From contig CAZECW010000114.1 of the NCBI GenBank assembly GCA_964510585.1, positions 1 through 32,000 on the forward strand: a stretch of DNA of 32,000 nt, read 5' to 3'. Source of the stretch: an uncultured archaeon (GTDB taxonomy: Archaea > Asgardarchaeota > Jordiarchaeia > Jordiarchaeales > Jordiarchaeaceae). The translations under genes were made by a program, and so were the position numbers. The notes beneath the pieces were generated by a model. It worked only from the letters and a program-made list of their open reading frames with translations. It had not been told where the DNA came from and ran no database searches. How positions within the stretch are numbered: position 1 is the stretch's first letter; the number at the start of each line of letters is the position of its first letter. Of this stretch, positions 17,885-27,260 are shown one piece after another.

Positions 17885-18178
17885 TTACCCTCCAGCAAAG
17901 GCCATAGTCAACTCTACCTTGGAGCCCTCCTTAAGTTTTACCCTGTCATAGCCACCTTGCTCTACAGGGTCCTCGCCGTCAACAACCACCATAACTAGGG
18001 GTTTAAGCTCATTCTCATTCTTATCCCAAAGCTTATCATACAATCCGTCCCCCTCATGCTTGTTAACAATTAGATTCATCAAATCTTTGAGAGAAGAACC
18101 ATGCGGTAAGTCATACTCTTCCAAAGAAGTGCCAGCAAGCTCCTTAATCACACCATAGTACTTGACGATAACCCTCAT
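17885..18178 (-). CDS. moaD: MoaD/ThiS ubiquitin-like sulfur carrier
   Basis: Beta-grasp pattern, C-terminal AFAGG diglycine, position downstream of aor. Start ATG 18178 follows GAGGTGG. Confidence 0.88.
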   Translation of the reverse strand: MRVIVKYYGVIKELAGTSLEEYDLPHGSSLKDLMNLIVNKHEGDGLYDKLWDKNENELKPLVMVVVDGEDPVEQGGYDRVKLKEGSKVELTMAFAGG

Positions 18179-18340
18179 GAAACCACCTCGGAAGCCCATA
18201 GGCCAAGCAAAGCACCCAGCAAGTTCAACTAATCGAAAAAGGGTATTTTAGCCTTTTGGAATATATTGTCAGGAAATATACCTAAGAAAAAACAGTCAAT
18301 CAAAAAATAAAGTGGTGAGGTATATTCAGTTCAAATAGCT

Positions 18341-20203
18341 TTATGCGCCCCACAGATCTTTTGCTACGTCGGGCAAACCGATAATTATTAAGCGATCCTT
18401 GGTAGGAATCGCGTCCTCGGTCCATCCGCGGAATGCATAGTAGTCCTTCATCATCACATCCATTGGAGGAACCCTACCCTTCTGGCCACCCTCTTTGGTA
18501 GGCGTCAGAAGTCTCGGGGGAAGCCTATTGTCCTTAGCAGACATACCGGCACGGACACAGTAAGCCCATTTAAGGTTAAACAGGCGGTCGGCGGTAATAT
18601 TCAGTGTCAGCTCATCAATATTCCAACCACAACAATTTCTGAAGGCCTCCAAGAAGGTCGGCGTACTCATTGCGGTTCCGCCAAACATGCAAATGACTCC
18701 CGCTGCCAGTACCGCGAAAACGTCTTGCATGACTGCAGTGAGTGTACCCTTTCCGGTGGGGTCAAATCTTCCGGTTCTTTTGGTTATACCTGCGGGTGGT
18801 TGTAGTAGTCCCATATCTGCTATGGAGGGATAACCCGTTACGTGGCATGCACCTCGGGGTGCGGTGGCATACTCTACTCCCATGCTGTAGAATGCTCGGG
18901 GGTCATGCATTGGGGCTTCGAGTCCTTTGACTGTTGTTAGAAATTCGTGTCCTTTACCCAGCTTGTCGGCTGCTGCTTGTGAGCCGTCTGCCAATAGTTG
19001 TCCCGCTTTTCCTTCTCTTCTAACGATTTTTTCTGTGAGTCTTACTACTGCGTCAGCGTTTCCCCATGCTAGTTCTATTCCGTCTATGTCGTTCTTTTTT
19101 ATTATTCCCTTTTCGTAGGCTTCTATGGCCCAGGCTACTGTGGCTCCCGTGGATATAGTGTCCACTCCATAGTCGTTGCAGAGATAGTTAACCCAAGATA
19201 TTGCTTCAAGATTATCTACAAGTAGTAATGAGCCGAATGTTCCGCATGTCTCGTATTCTGGTCCCGGTCCCTCGTATTTGTAGGGTCCTTTTTTGATTTC
19301 CACCCATCTACCGCACCTTATGGGGCAGTTGTAGCAGGCAGTTTGTTTTTTGAGTATAGTTTTGTACATAGCTCCGCCGCCGATTCTGTCCGTCCCATCC
19401 CATTCTCCTAGTTGCCAGTTTTTGATGGGTATGTCTCCGAGGGGCTTCATAGAATCCATGAAGTATTCGGTTCCATATTTTCCCAGTCCTAGTGCGACCA
19501 TTGGGTTGATTTCTATCCAGTGGGTGTACTTTTTAATTTGTTCTTTTACTGCGTCGGGGTTTGCCCACTTTATGTCTCCTGTTCCTTTAATGGCTATGGC
19601 TTTGAAATTTTTGCTTCCCATCACTGCTCCAGCTCCTCCTCTCCCTAAGGCACGGGCTTCATCGTTTATTATGCAGGCTAGTTTAGATTTCTTCTCGCCA
19701 GCAGGTCCTATACACAGAACTCTGGCTTTTTTCTCGCCGATTTCTTCTCTTATCATTTCTTGGGTCTTAAATGTGCCTTGTCCCCATATTTTTGAAGCGT
19801 CTCTCAGCTCGTATTTGTTGTCTTTTACTGAGAGGTATACTGGTTTCTCTGATTTTCCTTCGATGACTATTCCATCGTATCCCGCTCTCTTCATTTCAAA
19901 GGCGAAGTATCCGCCAGAGTTTGCTTCTCCATACCCGTGGGATATGGGAGATTTGAATACTACGGTGAATCTTGAGCTACAGGGCAAGCCTCCCGATAGG
20001 GGTCCGGTGAAGAAGTAGAGTTTGTTTTTTTCGTCGAACTCATCTATTTTTGGAGGAACCTCATCGTAGAGTAGACGCGCCCCAAATCCGCTGCCCCCAA
20101 TCCATGTTTTAGCCCATTGCTCATCTATAGGTACCTCTTTTATTTTTCCCTCTGTTAGGTTCACTCTTAAGTATTTACCCATCCATCCAAACATTTCGCT
20201 CAC
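18341..20203 (-). CDS. aor: Tungsten/molybdenum aldehyde:ferredoxin oxidoreductase
   Basis: LRVNLT, SP-x-S-x-GYGEANSGG, GRGG-x-GAVMGSKN-x-KAI, CYNCPIRC Fe-S motif, EYET, DYGVDTIS, KGLE-x-PMHDPR and D-x-LP-x-R. Confidence 0.95.
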   Translation of the reverse strand: MSEMFGWMGKYLRVNLTEGKIKEVPIDEQWAKTWIGGSGFGARLLYDEVPPKIDEFDEKNKLYFFTGPLSGGLPCSSRFTVVFKSPISHGYGEANSGGYFAFEMKRAGYDGIVIEGKSEKPVYLSVKDNKYELRDASKIWGQGTFKTQEMIREEIGEKKARVLCIGPAGEKKSKLACIINDEARALGRGGAGAVMGSKNFKAIAIKGTGDIKWANPDAVKEQIKKYTHWIEINPMVALGLGKYGTEYFMDSMKPLGDIPIKNWQLGEWDGTDRIGGGAMYKTILKKQTACYNCPIRCGRWVEIKKGPYKYEGPGPEYETCGTFGSLLLVDNLEAISWVNYLCNDYGVDTISTGATVAWAIEAYEKGIIKKNDIDGIELAWGNADAVVRLTEKIVRREGKAGQLLADGSQAAADKLGKGHEFLTTVKGLEAPMHDPRAFYSMGVEYATAPRGACHVTGYPSIADMGLLQPPAGITKRTGRFDPTGKGTLTAVMQDVFAVLAAGVICMFGGTAMSTPTFLEAFRNCCGWNIDELTLNITADRLFNLKWAYCVRAGMSAKDNRLPPRLLTPTKEGGQKGRVPPMDVMMKDYYAFRGWTEDAIPTKDRLIIIGLPDVAKDLWGA

Positions 20204-21525
20204 CTCACTTTTTGTAAGTCTGGGTGTTCGACTCGTTTGAATCCCTCTTTGGGAACGGGGTGTATCTTCTTATAGAATTTCCTCAGAGTGGAGCCTGCGG
20301 TCTGCTGGTACAGGAAGGTTGATAACGCTGACTCCATGGGTTCAACAGTTTTCAGCACGTAATCCTTACTGCCTAAACCTATCTCCTGCCCCACATTACA
20401 CTGTATGTCTTCACTTACACCCATGAAGGAACCTGCAGCACTAAACTTTGGCAAACCCGGAGCTGCTACGAATTTTTGTTCAGCAGCTGACCCCGGCATT
20501 CCCACTGATTTTATAGCCATATCTAAGCAGGCTCTATCTATAGCCACAGGATCTTTGCCAGCAAAGATTCCCATGTTTGGAATAATGGGGCGGTCGGAGT
20601 ATGGGATGCAGTCGCACCAAGGAGTGCTATCTATCGCAAAGTTTATGAATCCCACTTTCCCAGGCTCGAAAGTTTTCATACAGGCGAGTGCCGAATCAGC
20701 TATCGCAACGGAGCTCGCTTCAAGGGTGTCTAGTACTTCCAAGGTTGCGAAAACACCACAATCCAAAGTCATAAATAAGTGAGCTAAACAACCCTTGCAA
20801 AGTTCCCGATTAAATTGAATTGGCCCATCTTCAGGAACAGAAAGTGCACCTTCAGGGCAGCAGGAGATGCATGTCTCCCACTTTGCGCATTTCCTACCAT
20901 CACAGTATTGTGGGAAGTAACTTAACGCCTGCAAACCTAGTACGGGGTGAACTCCTAAGTGTAGATTGTATTTCCCTCTCTTAGATGCACACCCTACACC
21001 AATGTTTTTAATAGATCCTCCAAATACTCCCATCGGGTGCCCTTTAAAGTGGGTTAGTACTATCATGGCGTCTGCACATGCTATTGCAGTTGCGATATAT
21101 TGTTCTTTGAGTATGTATCCCTCTGGTAGGTCTACTCGGACATCGTCTGTTCCTAGGAAGCCGTCTCCTATTATCACTGGGCATCCTACTGTTCCTGAGT
21201 TGAAACCGTTTCTCTCTATGGTCATGTACTCGTCCCATGCGTTTGTTCGGAACACGTAGGGAGCGTAGGGTAGAGTGGTTGTATCAACAACGAAGGGCCT
21301 TCCTCCCAGTTCTTTCACTTTATCTGCAATTGCCCTCACATAGACTGGTCGGAGGTAGGCGGTGTTGTTCCATTCACCCATATGTACTTTTATTGCTACA
21401 TAATCGCCTTTATCTATGCACTCGTTTAGCTTGGCCTGATCGAATAGGTGGAGTGCCTTCGCTACTAGACTGGTTGCTGTGCTTTCACTCCTGTCATCCA
21501 TATAAAAAACTTCAGATTTTGCCAT
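20200..21525 (-). CDS. DUF362 family protein with an inserted 4Fe-4S ferredoxin-like segment
   Basis: AIKVHMGE, Y-x-RP, HFKGH...GG-x-IKN-x-G-x-GC-x-x-K-x-GK, Cys cluster CDGRKC..TCISCCP..C-x-x-C, CDC, and DPVAID-x-AC. GTGA overlap with aor. Confidence 0.85.
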   Translation of the reverse strand: MAKSEVFYMDDRSESTATSLVAKALHLFDQAKLNECIDKGDYVAIKVHMGEWNNTAYLRPVYVRAIADKVKELGGRPFVVDTTTLPYAPYVFRTNAWDEYMTIERNGFNSGTVGCPVIIGDGFLGTDDVRVDLPEGYILKEQYIATAIACADAMIVLTHFKGHPMGVFGGSIKNIGVGCASKRGKYNLHLGVHPVLGLQALSYFPQYCDGRKCAKWETCISCCPEGALSVPEDGPIQFNRELCKGCLAHLFMTLDCGVFATLEVLDTLEASSVAIADSALACMKTFEPGKVGFINFAIDSTPWCDCIPYSDRPIIPNMGIFAGKDPVAIDRACLDMAIKSVGMPGSAAEQKFVAAPGLPKFSAAGSFMGVSEDIQCNVGQEIGLGSKDYVLKTVEPMESALSTFLYQQTAGSTLRKFYKKIHPVPKEGFKRVEHPDLQKVR

Positions 21526-21884
21526 CTTTCTCCTCCTATCTAATATTTTTGAATAATTATTTTTGGGTGTATGTTCTTAAAATTATTTTCGCTTCATTTC
21601 AAAATTTTAAGAATTTTTCAACATTTGCCGTATCTATGCTGGAACAAAATAGTAATTATGAATATAATTTTGTTCTTATCATTATATTATATTTTTCTAT
21701 ATTAAAGGCAAAAGCAAGCTGGTTGCCCATAGTTTGAGAGTTTTTAGTGGGAACATATGCGAAGAAGCATTTTAGGTTCAATGAAATATTTTCGGTTCTT
21801 TTCATCCCTTTTTTGACAAGATTTATATTCTATGGTGTTGGATTCTTAATTTTTAAGGAGTATTGTTGGTTTGGAGTTGGTTTG

Positions 21885-22289
21885 ATGGTTAAGTTTCCTA
21901 GCGACGATTGGGCAAAAGCTTATATGAAGGCTTTAAACGAAAATAGGGCTTATGAGGATGCTGCTTTGGACTGGGAAGGTGACTTTCTCTTTGTTATAGA
22001 TCCTGATGACAAGTTAAAGCAGAGGACAGCCATATACCTTGATCTTCATCATGGGAAGTGTAGGGAAGCTTATGTTTTGAAGCCCGGTGAGGAGAAAAAG
22101 ACAAGCTTTGTCATTGAGGCTCCCTACGGTGTTTGGGTTAGAGTGATTAAGAAGGAACTGGATGCAATTCGGGGATTGATGACTGGTAAGTTAAAGTTGA
22201 AGGGAGATATGGCTAAGGTAATGCGGTACACTAAGGCAGCGCAGGAGATGGTTAACACCACAACTGCGATTCAGAGTGAGTTTCTCTAA
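21885..22289 (+). CDS. SCP2 sterol/lipid-binding domain protein
   Basis: KFPS-x-x-W..Y...LN, W-x-G, and GLMTGKLKLKGDM are characteristic. Start reassigned to ATG 21885 (134 aa). Confidence 0.88.
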   Translation: MVKFPSDDWAKAYMKALNENRAYEDAALDWEGDFLFVIDPDDKLKQRTAIYLDLHHGKCREAYVLKPGEEKKTSFVIEAPYGVWVRVIKKELDAIRGLMTGKLKLKGDMAKVMRYTKAAQEMVNTTTAIQSEFL

Positions 22290-22317
22290 ATCTTTTTTTA
22301 TTATTTTTGGGCGGGTG

Positions 22318-23487
22318 ATGGCTTTGTGGTTTTTTATCGGACCCAAAGTGGTTTTTGGAGAAGACGCTTTGGATTATTTGGAGCAGATTCAGGGCAGTAA
22401 GGCGCTTATAGTTACGGATAGAGTTATAGCGGATTTGGGGATTGTTGACAGGGTTAGGGAAAAGTTGAAGACTGCAGGTATAGAGTGTGAGGTTTTTGAT
22501 GAGGTGGAGCCGGATCCTTCAGATACTACGGTGTTTAAAATTTTAGATAGGCTGAAGGATTACGAGCCGGATTGGATAGTGGGCTTGGGTGGCGGCTCCA
22601 GCATGGACGCTGCCAAAACTGCTTGGGTATTGTGGGAGAATCCGGAAAAGAGATTAGAAGACATTAACGCCTTTACTCCAGTGAGCGTTAATCAGAAGGC
22701 GCGGCTCATTACTATTACGACTACTAGTGGTACGGGTTCTGAGGTTACTTGGGCTACGGTGGTTACTGATACAAGGGAGCATAGGAAGATGATATTGATG
22801 GCGAAGGAGATTGTTCCCTTTGCGGCGATTGTTGATCCCAAACTTACACTTAGTATGCCTCCCAGATTGACTGCGGTTACTGGTCTGGATGCTCTGACCC
22901 ATGTGGTGGAGAGTTACATTAATTCTTGGAAGAACGATTTTTCCGATGCCTTTGCTATGAAGGCTATCCAGTTTATTTTTGAGTATCTTCCCAGGGCTTA
23001 CAAGAATGGTGAAGATATGGAGGCCCGCACCAAGATGGCGAACGCAGCAACTATGGCTGGCTTATCCTTTGGAAATGCTTCTGTGGGCATCGCACATGGG
23101 GTGGCTCACTCTGTAGGAGCGGTGTTTGGTTTACCTCACGGCTTAGTTTGCGGCGTTGCTCTACCCTATGTTATTGAGTATAATATTCCCACCTCTGCAA
23201 AGTACTTGGCTGAACTAGCGGAACTTATTGGGATTAGGGAGAGGGATGAGAGGAGGGCGGCGAAGGCTCTGGCTGAAAGGACAAGGAAACTTTTGAGGGA
23301 GATTGAAATTCCCCTGTGTTTGAAGGATTTGGGTATCGGGGAGAAGGAGTTTAGAGAAAATTTTGAACGCTTGGTCAGGCTGACAATTCAGGACGCTTCA
23401 AGCACACTGAATCCCAGAACATTTACCAGAGAGGATATAGAGAAAATCTATGAATGTATTTATTATGGTAGAGAGGTTGATTTCTAA
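22318..23487 (+). CDS. Iron-containing (group III) alcohol dehydrogenase
   Basis: VEPDP, GGGSSMDAAK, TTSGTGSEVT, metal ligands DALTH, H-x-x-AH and HG, and NPR. Start ATG 22318. Confidence 0.95.
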   Translation: MALWFFIGPKVVFGEDALDYLEQIQGSKALIVTDRVIADLGIVDRVREKLKTAGIECEVFDEVEPDPSDTTVFKILDRLKDYEPDWIVGLGGGSSMDAAKTAWVLWENPEKRLEDINAFTPVSVNQKARLITITTTSGTGSEVTWATVVTDTREHRKMILMAKEIVPFAAIVDPKLTLSMPPRLTAVTGLDALTHVVESYINSWKNDFSDAFAMKAIQFIFEYLPRAYKNGEDMEARTKMANAATMAGLSFGNASVGIAHGVAHSVGAVFGLPHGLVCGVALPYVIEYNIPTSAKYLAELAELIGIRERDERRAAKALAERTRKLLREIEIPLCLKDLGIGEKEFRENFERLVRLTIQDASSTLNPRTFTREDIEKIYECIYYGREVDF

Positions 23488-23492
23488 AGAGG

Positions 23493-24380
23493 TTATATGC
23501 AGCGGTATAGTTGAATGAGGGGAGTTACATCGTTTATGGCGGCTTCGAGGCTTATGGAAGCGTATTGGTCTATATGATATTTTCCCCCTTCTTCTTTTAG
23601 TATGCGGTGTTTGACCAGTATTTCTAGGGTTTCTATTAGGCGTTCCTGGGGATTAAAGTTTTTAATTTGGTTCACGGTTTGGTTCTGCAAAATTTGGAGC
23701 GTGGTCACTTCTAGTTTTTTCTGGCGTATTTCTCTTAGTGCGGATACAATGTTTTTGGGGGGCGGTATTCCCACTTTCCAGATGAGTGTTTCTCTCCCCA
23801 GTCCTTGGAGGTTTATTATTTTGTTGTCGTGGAGCTGTTTTATGATTAGTTTGGGGTTGTTAGAAAAGTTTTGTGTGATTTTTATAATTTCTTCCTTATT
23901 TACAAGTGGGGGGGAGTGAAGTATGGCGTCGAATAGTTTTCTGGTTTCTCTCCAGTCTTGGTGTGTTCCCTCAAGGGGGAGGGGACTGTACTTTAGCACG
24001 GAGAGTCTTCCGTCTTTCTCCAGGATGGGGGATAGTTCCTTTTCGACTTTTTGGATGAGTGTTTTGAGGCAACCGTTACCGTTTGGTGTTAGTCCAGTTA
24101 TTTCCGTTACCAGTTCGGGTAGTTCTGCAGGTATGCTGAGCAGTCTTGTGGCTCGAGCGATGATTGATTCTATTCCCCGGGAGTAGAAAACATCTATGAG
24201 TTTCCTTATCTGCTGGGTGGGCAGGATGGGCTTTTTCTCACAGAATTTTTTTATGCACTGGTCAATGAATTTTCTTCGGAGTTCCTGCCCTACCTCCAGT
24301 GATGGGAAAAGTGTGGTGAATGATACCGCATCCCTATTCGCTCGGATAAAGCCCATCGAATCCGAGTGTTTGTTGTTCAA
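23493..24380 (-). CDS. Hypothetical protein (295 aa), third gene of the herA-nurA operon, probably two or three winged-helix-like repeats
   Basis: TTG start 1 nt after the nurA stop. Repeated helix-helix-helix-hairpin segments end in LHDNKIINL..., LVKHRILKEEGGKYHI and possibly ILEKDGRLSV. The fold is a by-eye inference. Confidence 0.75.
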   Translation of the reverse strand: MNNKHSDSMGFIRANRDAVSFTTLFPSLEVGQELRRKFIDQCIKKFCEKKPILPTQQIRKLIDVFYSRGIESIIARATRLLSIPAELPELVTEITGLTPNGNGCLKTLIQKVEKELSPILEKDGRLSVLKYSPLPLEGTHQDWRETRKLFDAILHSPPLVNKEEIIKITQNFSNNPKLIIKQLHDNKIINLQGLGRETLIWKVGIPPPKNIVSALREIRQKKLEVTTLQILQNQTVNQIKNFNPQERLIETLEILVKHRILKEEGGKYHIDQYASISLEAAINDVTPLIQLYRCI

Positions 24381-24381
24381 A

Positions 24382-25596
24382 TCAAACCCCCCTAGGCTTG
24401 CTTACCTTCCAAATCACCTCTAATCCATGTTTTGGTTTAAAAAGGCGATAAAACTTTTTGGGAGAAATTTTATTCTGCCGGGCTATTTTGACAATCTTGG
24501 CTAACAACTCGTCCGCAAGAAAGTTGGGTAAATCTGTCTCTATGAGACTGAACGCATGGGCAAACTCAAGCGACCAAGGTACATTGTTCAGGTTGCTTGC
24601 CTGGTAATAAATTGCGGAACACACATATTCGAGTTGCTTTTCGCTTTCCGCTATATCCTTGTGTAACTCTACTCTGATGGGGAGAGCTTCTGGGTGGGGC
24701 TTTATGTAGAAGAACTTTTGTTGGGAAAGAAATTTGGAGTAACGTTCGCCGAATATTTTCCTATTCGCCAGAGTTGTCCACAGATCACTTGTTTGGGGAA
24801 CTGTGATGTTTAGCTCATCCCGATTACCCGGTCGGAGAAGGGAGTCCAAAAGGTTGGCATCATTTATTCGGCCATAAACTCCACTTAACCAGTAGGAAAC
24901 GTTCTTGTATTTTGAAATTAGATCCATAGAGTGGGGGGACTTTATCACAAAAGCATGGAGTGTCTCTAAGAGCTTTTCAGACAGTATATCTGCCGTGCCC
25001 TGGCTTCCATAGATTTTTTCGAAAATAATTTTGTACTCCTGCTGCACCTCTCGACTCTGGTTACTGAAAATTTCTGATTCCCCCAGACTATAGGGCAGAA
25101 GATCATAGTGAGGAACAAAGGGGCCGTCCAGCAAAACGAGATCGCAACTGTTTCCCTCAAGTGCACGTAGACTAACAAGGCGCTCAAGATACTGTCGGGA
25201 CACTGCTTGAATCCGCTCCACGTCCTCGTCTACCAGGCCCATAACAGGTATACACTTTCCAACAATGTAGGGATTATGTGCCACGGGATTGTTACATTTG
25301 AAGGTTATTCCCGCCGCTGAAACTACAATGAGATCCAAACCCGCCCTTTGGCTTCTATTGGAGGAGCCGTCAACTGCAACTGTAACAGCATCTCGGGCTG
25401 CAGGATTGGTGTTAAGTGTTAGGGTTTCAAGCTGCTTACTCTCACTTAGATTCTCAACTGATTCTATGAGATCCAGATACACGTCGTAGAACCGATATAC
25501 TTCAGATTCGAGTATGTCCAGTGTCTGGTGGAAGATTTCTCCACCACAATTTCCGCCGCTTTTCTCCTCTTCCAAGAATTTTAAAAGGTTGTTCAC
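24382..25596 (-). CDS. nurA: NurA family 5'-3' nuclease (RNase H-like fold)
   Basis: AVDGS, YLER, LLDGP and C-terminal P-x-x-L-x-x-AH match the NurA D/E/D/H catalytic set. GTGA overlap with herA. Confidence 0.85.
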   Translation of the reverse strand: MNNLLKFLEEEKSGGNCGGEIFHQTLDILESEVYRFYDVYLDLIESVENLSESKQLETLTLNTNPAARDAVTVAVDGSSNRSQRAGLDLIVVSAAGITFKCNNPVAHNPYIVGKCIPVMGLVDEDVERIQAVSRQYLERLVSLRALEGNSCDLVLLDGPFVPHYDLLPYSLGESEIFSNQSREVQQEYKIIFEKIYGSQGTADILSEKLLETLHAFVIKSPHSMDLISKYKNVSYWLSGVYGRINDANLLDSLLRPGNRDELNITVPQTSDLWTTLANRKIFGERYSKFLSQQKFFYIKPHPEALPIRVELHKDIAESEKQLEYVCSAIYYQASNLNNVPWSLEFAHAFSLIETDLPNFLADELLAKIVKIARQNKISPKKFYRLFKPKHGLEVIWKVSKPRGV

Positions 25597-27194
25597 ACTC
25601 TATTCCTCTCCGCGAAGTCCCTATGGAGATCAAAGACTGTGTTTCCGCCGTAGCCCAGCTGTATGTCTCCCTTTTCAATGGTTACACAGAGAGGGTCCTT
25701 CAGCGGAGTGGCCATACCAGCTATCAGGAACTCTCCCACCCCCAAACGAGGAAGAATCTTTTGAATCTCTGGAAAATCAGTGTAGTCTTCTATGGCTCTC
25801 ATATCATTTGCTGCTGTTAAACACCCACAGAAGAGAGTGCTGAGGTTTGAGAAGACTGTTTTTGAGATTCGGGAGATTCTTTGATTAATGATGGTTAGGT
25901 TTGCCCCGAACTTGCGGCCCTCCTCAGAGAGGCTTGTTATTTTTCCTGAGGAAAGGTAGGGTTTTCCAACGGTTATCTGACCGTAGGAACCACCCATTTC
26001 AGGAATATAGTTTTTCGCCTCATCAATTATTAGGTGAATCGGGTATCTGTTTCGAAGAATCAAATCAGCAATAGTTCCAATCTTAGCCTGTCTGGCATCC
26101 AATGTGTCACAAGAAGCGTCAATAACCAGTATGTTACCAGCAGCCCTCTTCCAAATTGTGTTGTACTGATCCACGCTGCCCCCTGCAAAAATATCTTTGC
26201 CCAGCAATTTAACCCGACGCCGTATGGCTGCACTCCAGCTGCTTATAGAACCATCCTTTTTATAGAATTCGTCTAGCCACTCATTCACATAGGACATAAA
26301 ACATTCACTATTAAGCTCCGCAGCACCACATGTGAAATCCATCACGAAAATATCCGCCGCCACCTCTACAGCCTTCTTAGCCTGAGAGGGAAGCACATCT
26401 AATCCCAGAGTTTTAACAATATCGTTAGCATCTGTAGGAACCACCGGTAATTCTAAACTAGACATAACCTGGAAATTGCTACACAACTTGTCCAGATTGC
26501 TGGTAGCATATTCACCAGTATGATCCCAAACTATAACATTAACTTTCTTTTTTAGAGAGGATAACCCCACAATATTAGCCGCAGTGGTGACGCTCTTGCC
26601 CATACCTATACGGGCGAATATTCCCACCCCCAAACGCAGTATAGCTGAGGCGTCTAGATCCACTGGGTAATCGGTTTCGCGAATCTTACCCACAGGATAG
26701 TATTCTCCCTCCCTAGCGGGGTCTCGGAATAGGGCTTCGTAATCTTCCTTGTTGGATATGAATATGGGGGAACAGGGTTTGGGAGGGTGAGATAACCTGC
26801 GCACTCCGGGATGGGCAGGAATTCCATATATGCGAAGCTCGCCGAACTTCATATTTTGATCTAGTCTGGGAACCTCACCGTAAAGGCTGGAGAAGTAGTT
26901 CAAAACGTCGGTGGTTGCCCCCCTTGTGGCAGCGAAAAGGTTTGAAACCAGCCCAATAGCTTTAGTTTTTTGGTGGCTGACGGTGAGGAGTTGGCCCTCA
27001 TAAACATAATCCGTGGCGTAGTCGAAGACTGCGAAATCGCACTTTTTAGTGCTGGTTGGACTTGTTACGAAACCTACGGGAGAGGCGCCCTTCAAGATTT
27101 GTTCTTTTGAACGCAAATACTCATATTCTTCGACTTCGGAGCTCATAACGGCTCGCAGCACGGATGTTTCGAGGCCTGTTTCCTCAACCGTCAT
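25593..27194 (-). CDS. herA: HerA/FtsK family ATPase/helicase with an N-terminal HAS-barrel-like region
   Basis: Walker A ARIGMGKS, WDHTGEY, Walker B IIDEA, arginine finger EGRKFG, NQR motif, and L-x-x-GEF-x-x-x-G. Confidence 0.92.
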   Translation of the reverse strand: MTVEETGLETSVLRAVMSSEVEEYEYLRSKEQILKGASPVGFVTSPTSTKKCDFAVFDYATDYVYEGQLLTVSHQKTKAIGLVSNLFAATRGATTDVLNYFSSLYGEVPRLDQNMKFGELRIYGIPAHPGVRRLSHPPKPCSPIFISNKEDYEALFRDPAREGEYYPVGKIRETDYPVDLDASAILRLGVGIFARIGMGKSVTTAANIVGLSSLKKKVNVIVWDHTGEYATSNLDKLCSNFQVMSSLELPVVPTDANDIVKTLGLDVLPSQAKKAVEVAADIFVMDFTCGAAELNSECFMSYVNEWLDEFYKKDGSISSWSAAIRRRVKLLGKDIFAGGSVDQYNTIWKRAAGNILVIDASCDTLDARQAKIGTIADLILRNRYPIHLIIDEAKNYIPEMGGSYGQITVGKPYLSSGKITSLSEEGRKFGANLTIINQRISRISKTVFSNLSTLFCGCLTAANDMRAIEDYTDFPEIQKILPRLGVGEFLIAGMATPLKDPLCVTIEKGDIQLGYGGNTVFDLHRDFAERNRV

Positions 27195-27240
27195 ACAAAT
27201 TACCCCGTAGGGCTTTAGCTTGGTTCATTTTATAGGTGAA

Positions 27241-27260
27241 CCACTATTTAAATTTAGTGG
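27241..27260 (-). promoter_or_regulatory. Putative herA TATA box (TTTAAATA, 27252-27245) embedded in the inverted repeat CCACTA-N8-TAGTGG
   Basis: Consensus archaeal TATA on the minus strand about 50 nt upstream of the herA ATG, flanked by 6-bp inverted arms. Confidence 0.55.

Noticed and set aside
12700-20018. Long antisense ORFs inside ilvD (12700-13362) and aor (19350-20018)
   Set aside because: Typical complementary-strand open frames of conserved genes, with no recognisable motifs.
21237-21737. 166-aa minus-strand ORF with a hydrophobic end
   Set aside because: Overlaps DUF362 out of frame and runs through its promoter region; composition reflects AT-rich DNA.
6293-22317. Long N-terminal extensions given by the ORF track (starts at 6293, 8060, 9533, 18199, 21747, 22276; also 1156)
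   Set aside because: Downstream ATGs have ribosome-binding sites and/or match family N-termini; the extensions cross AT-rich intergenic DNA.
23493-24380. ESCRT-II (Vps22/25/36) identity for the tandem-wHTH orphan
   Set aside because: No ESCRT-III, Vps4 or ubiquitin-system neighbours; coupling to nurA points to a nucleic-acid role.
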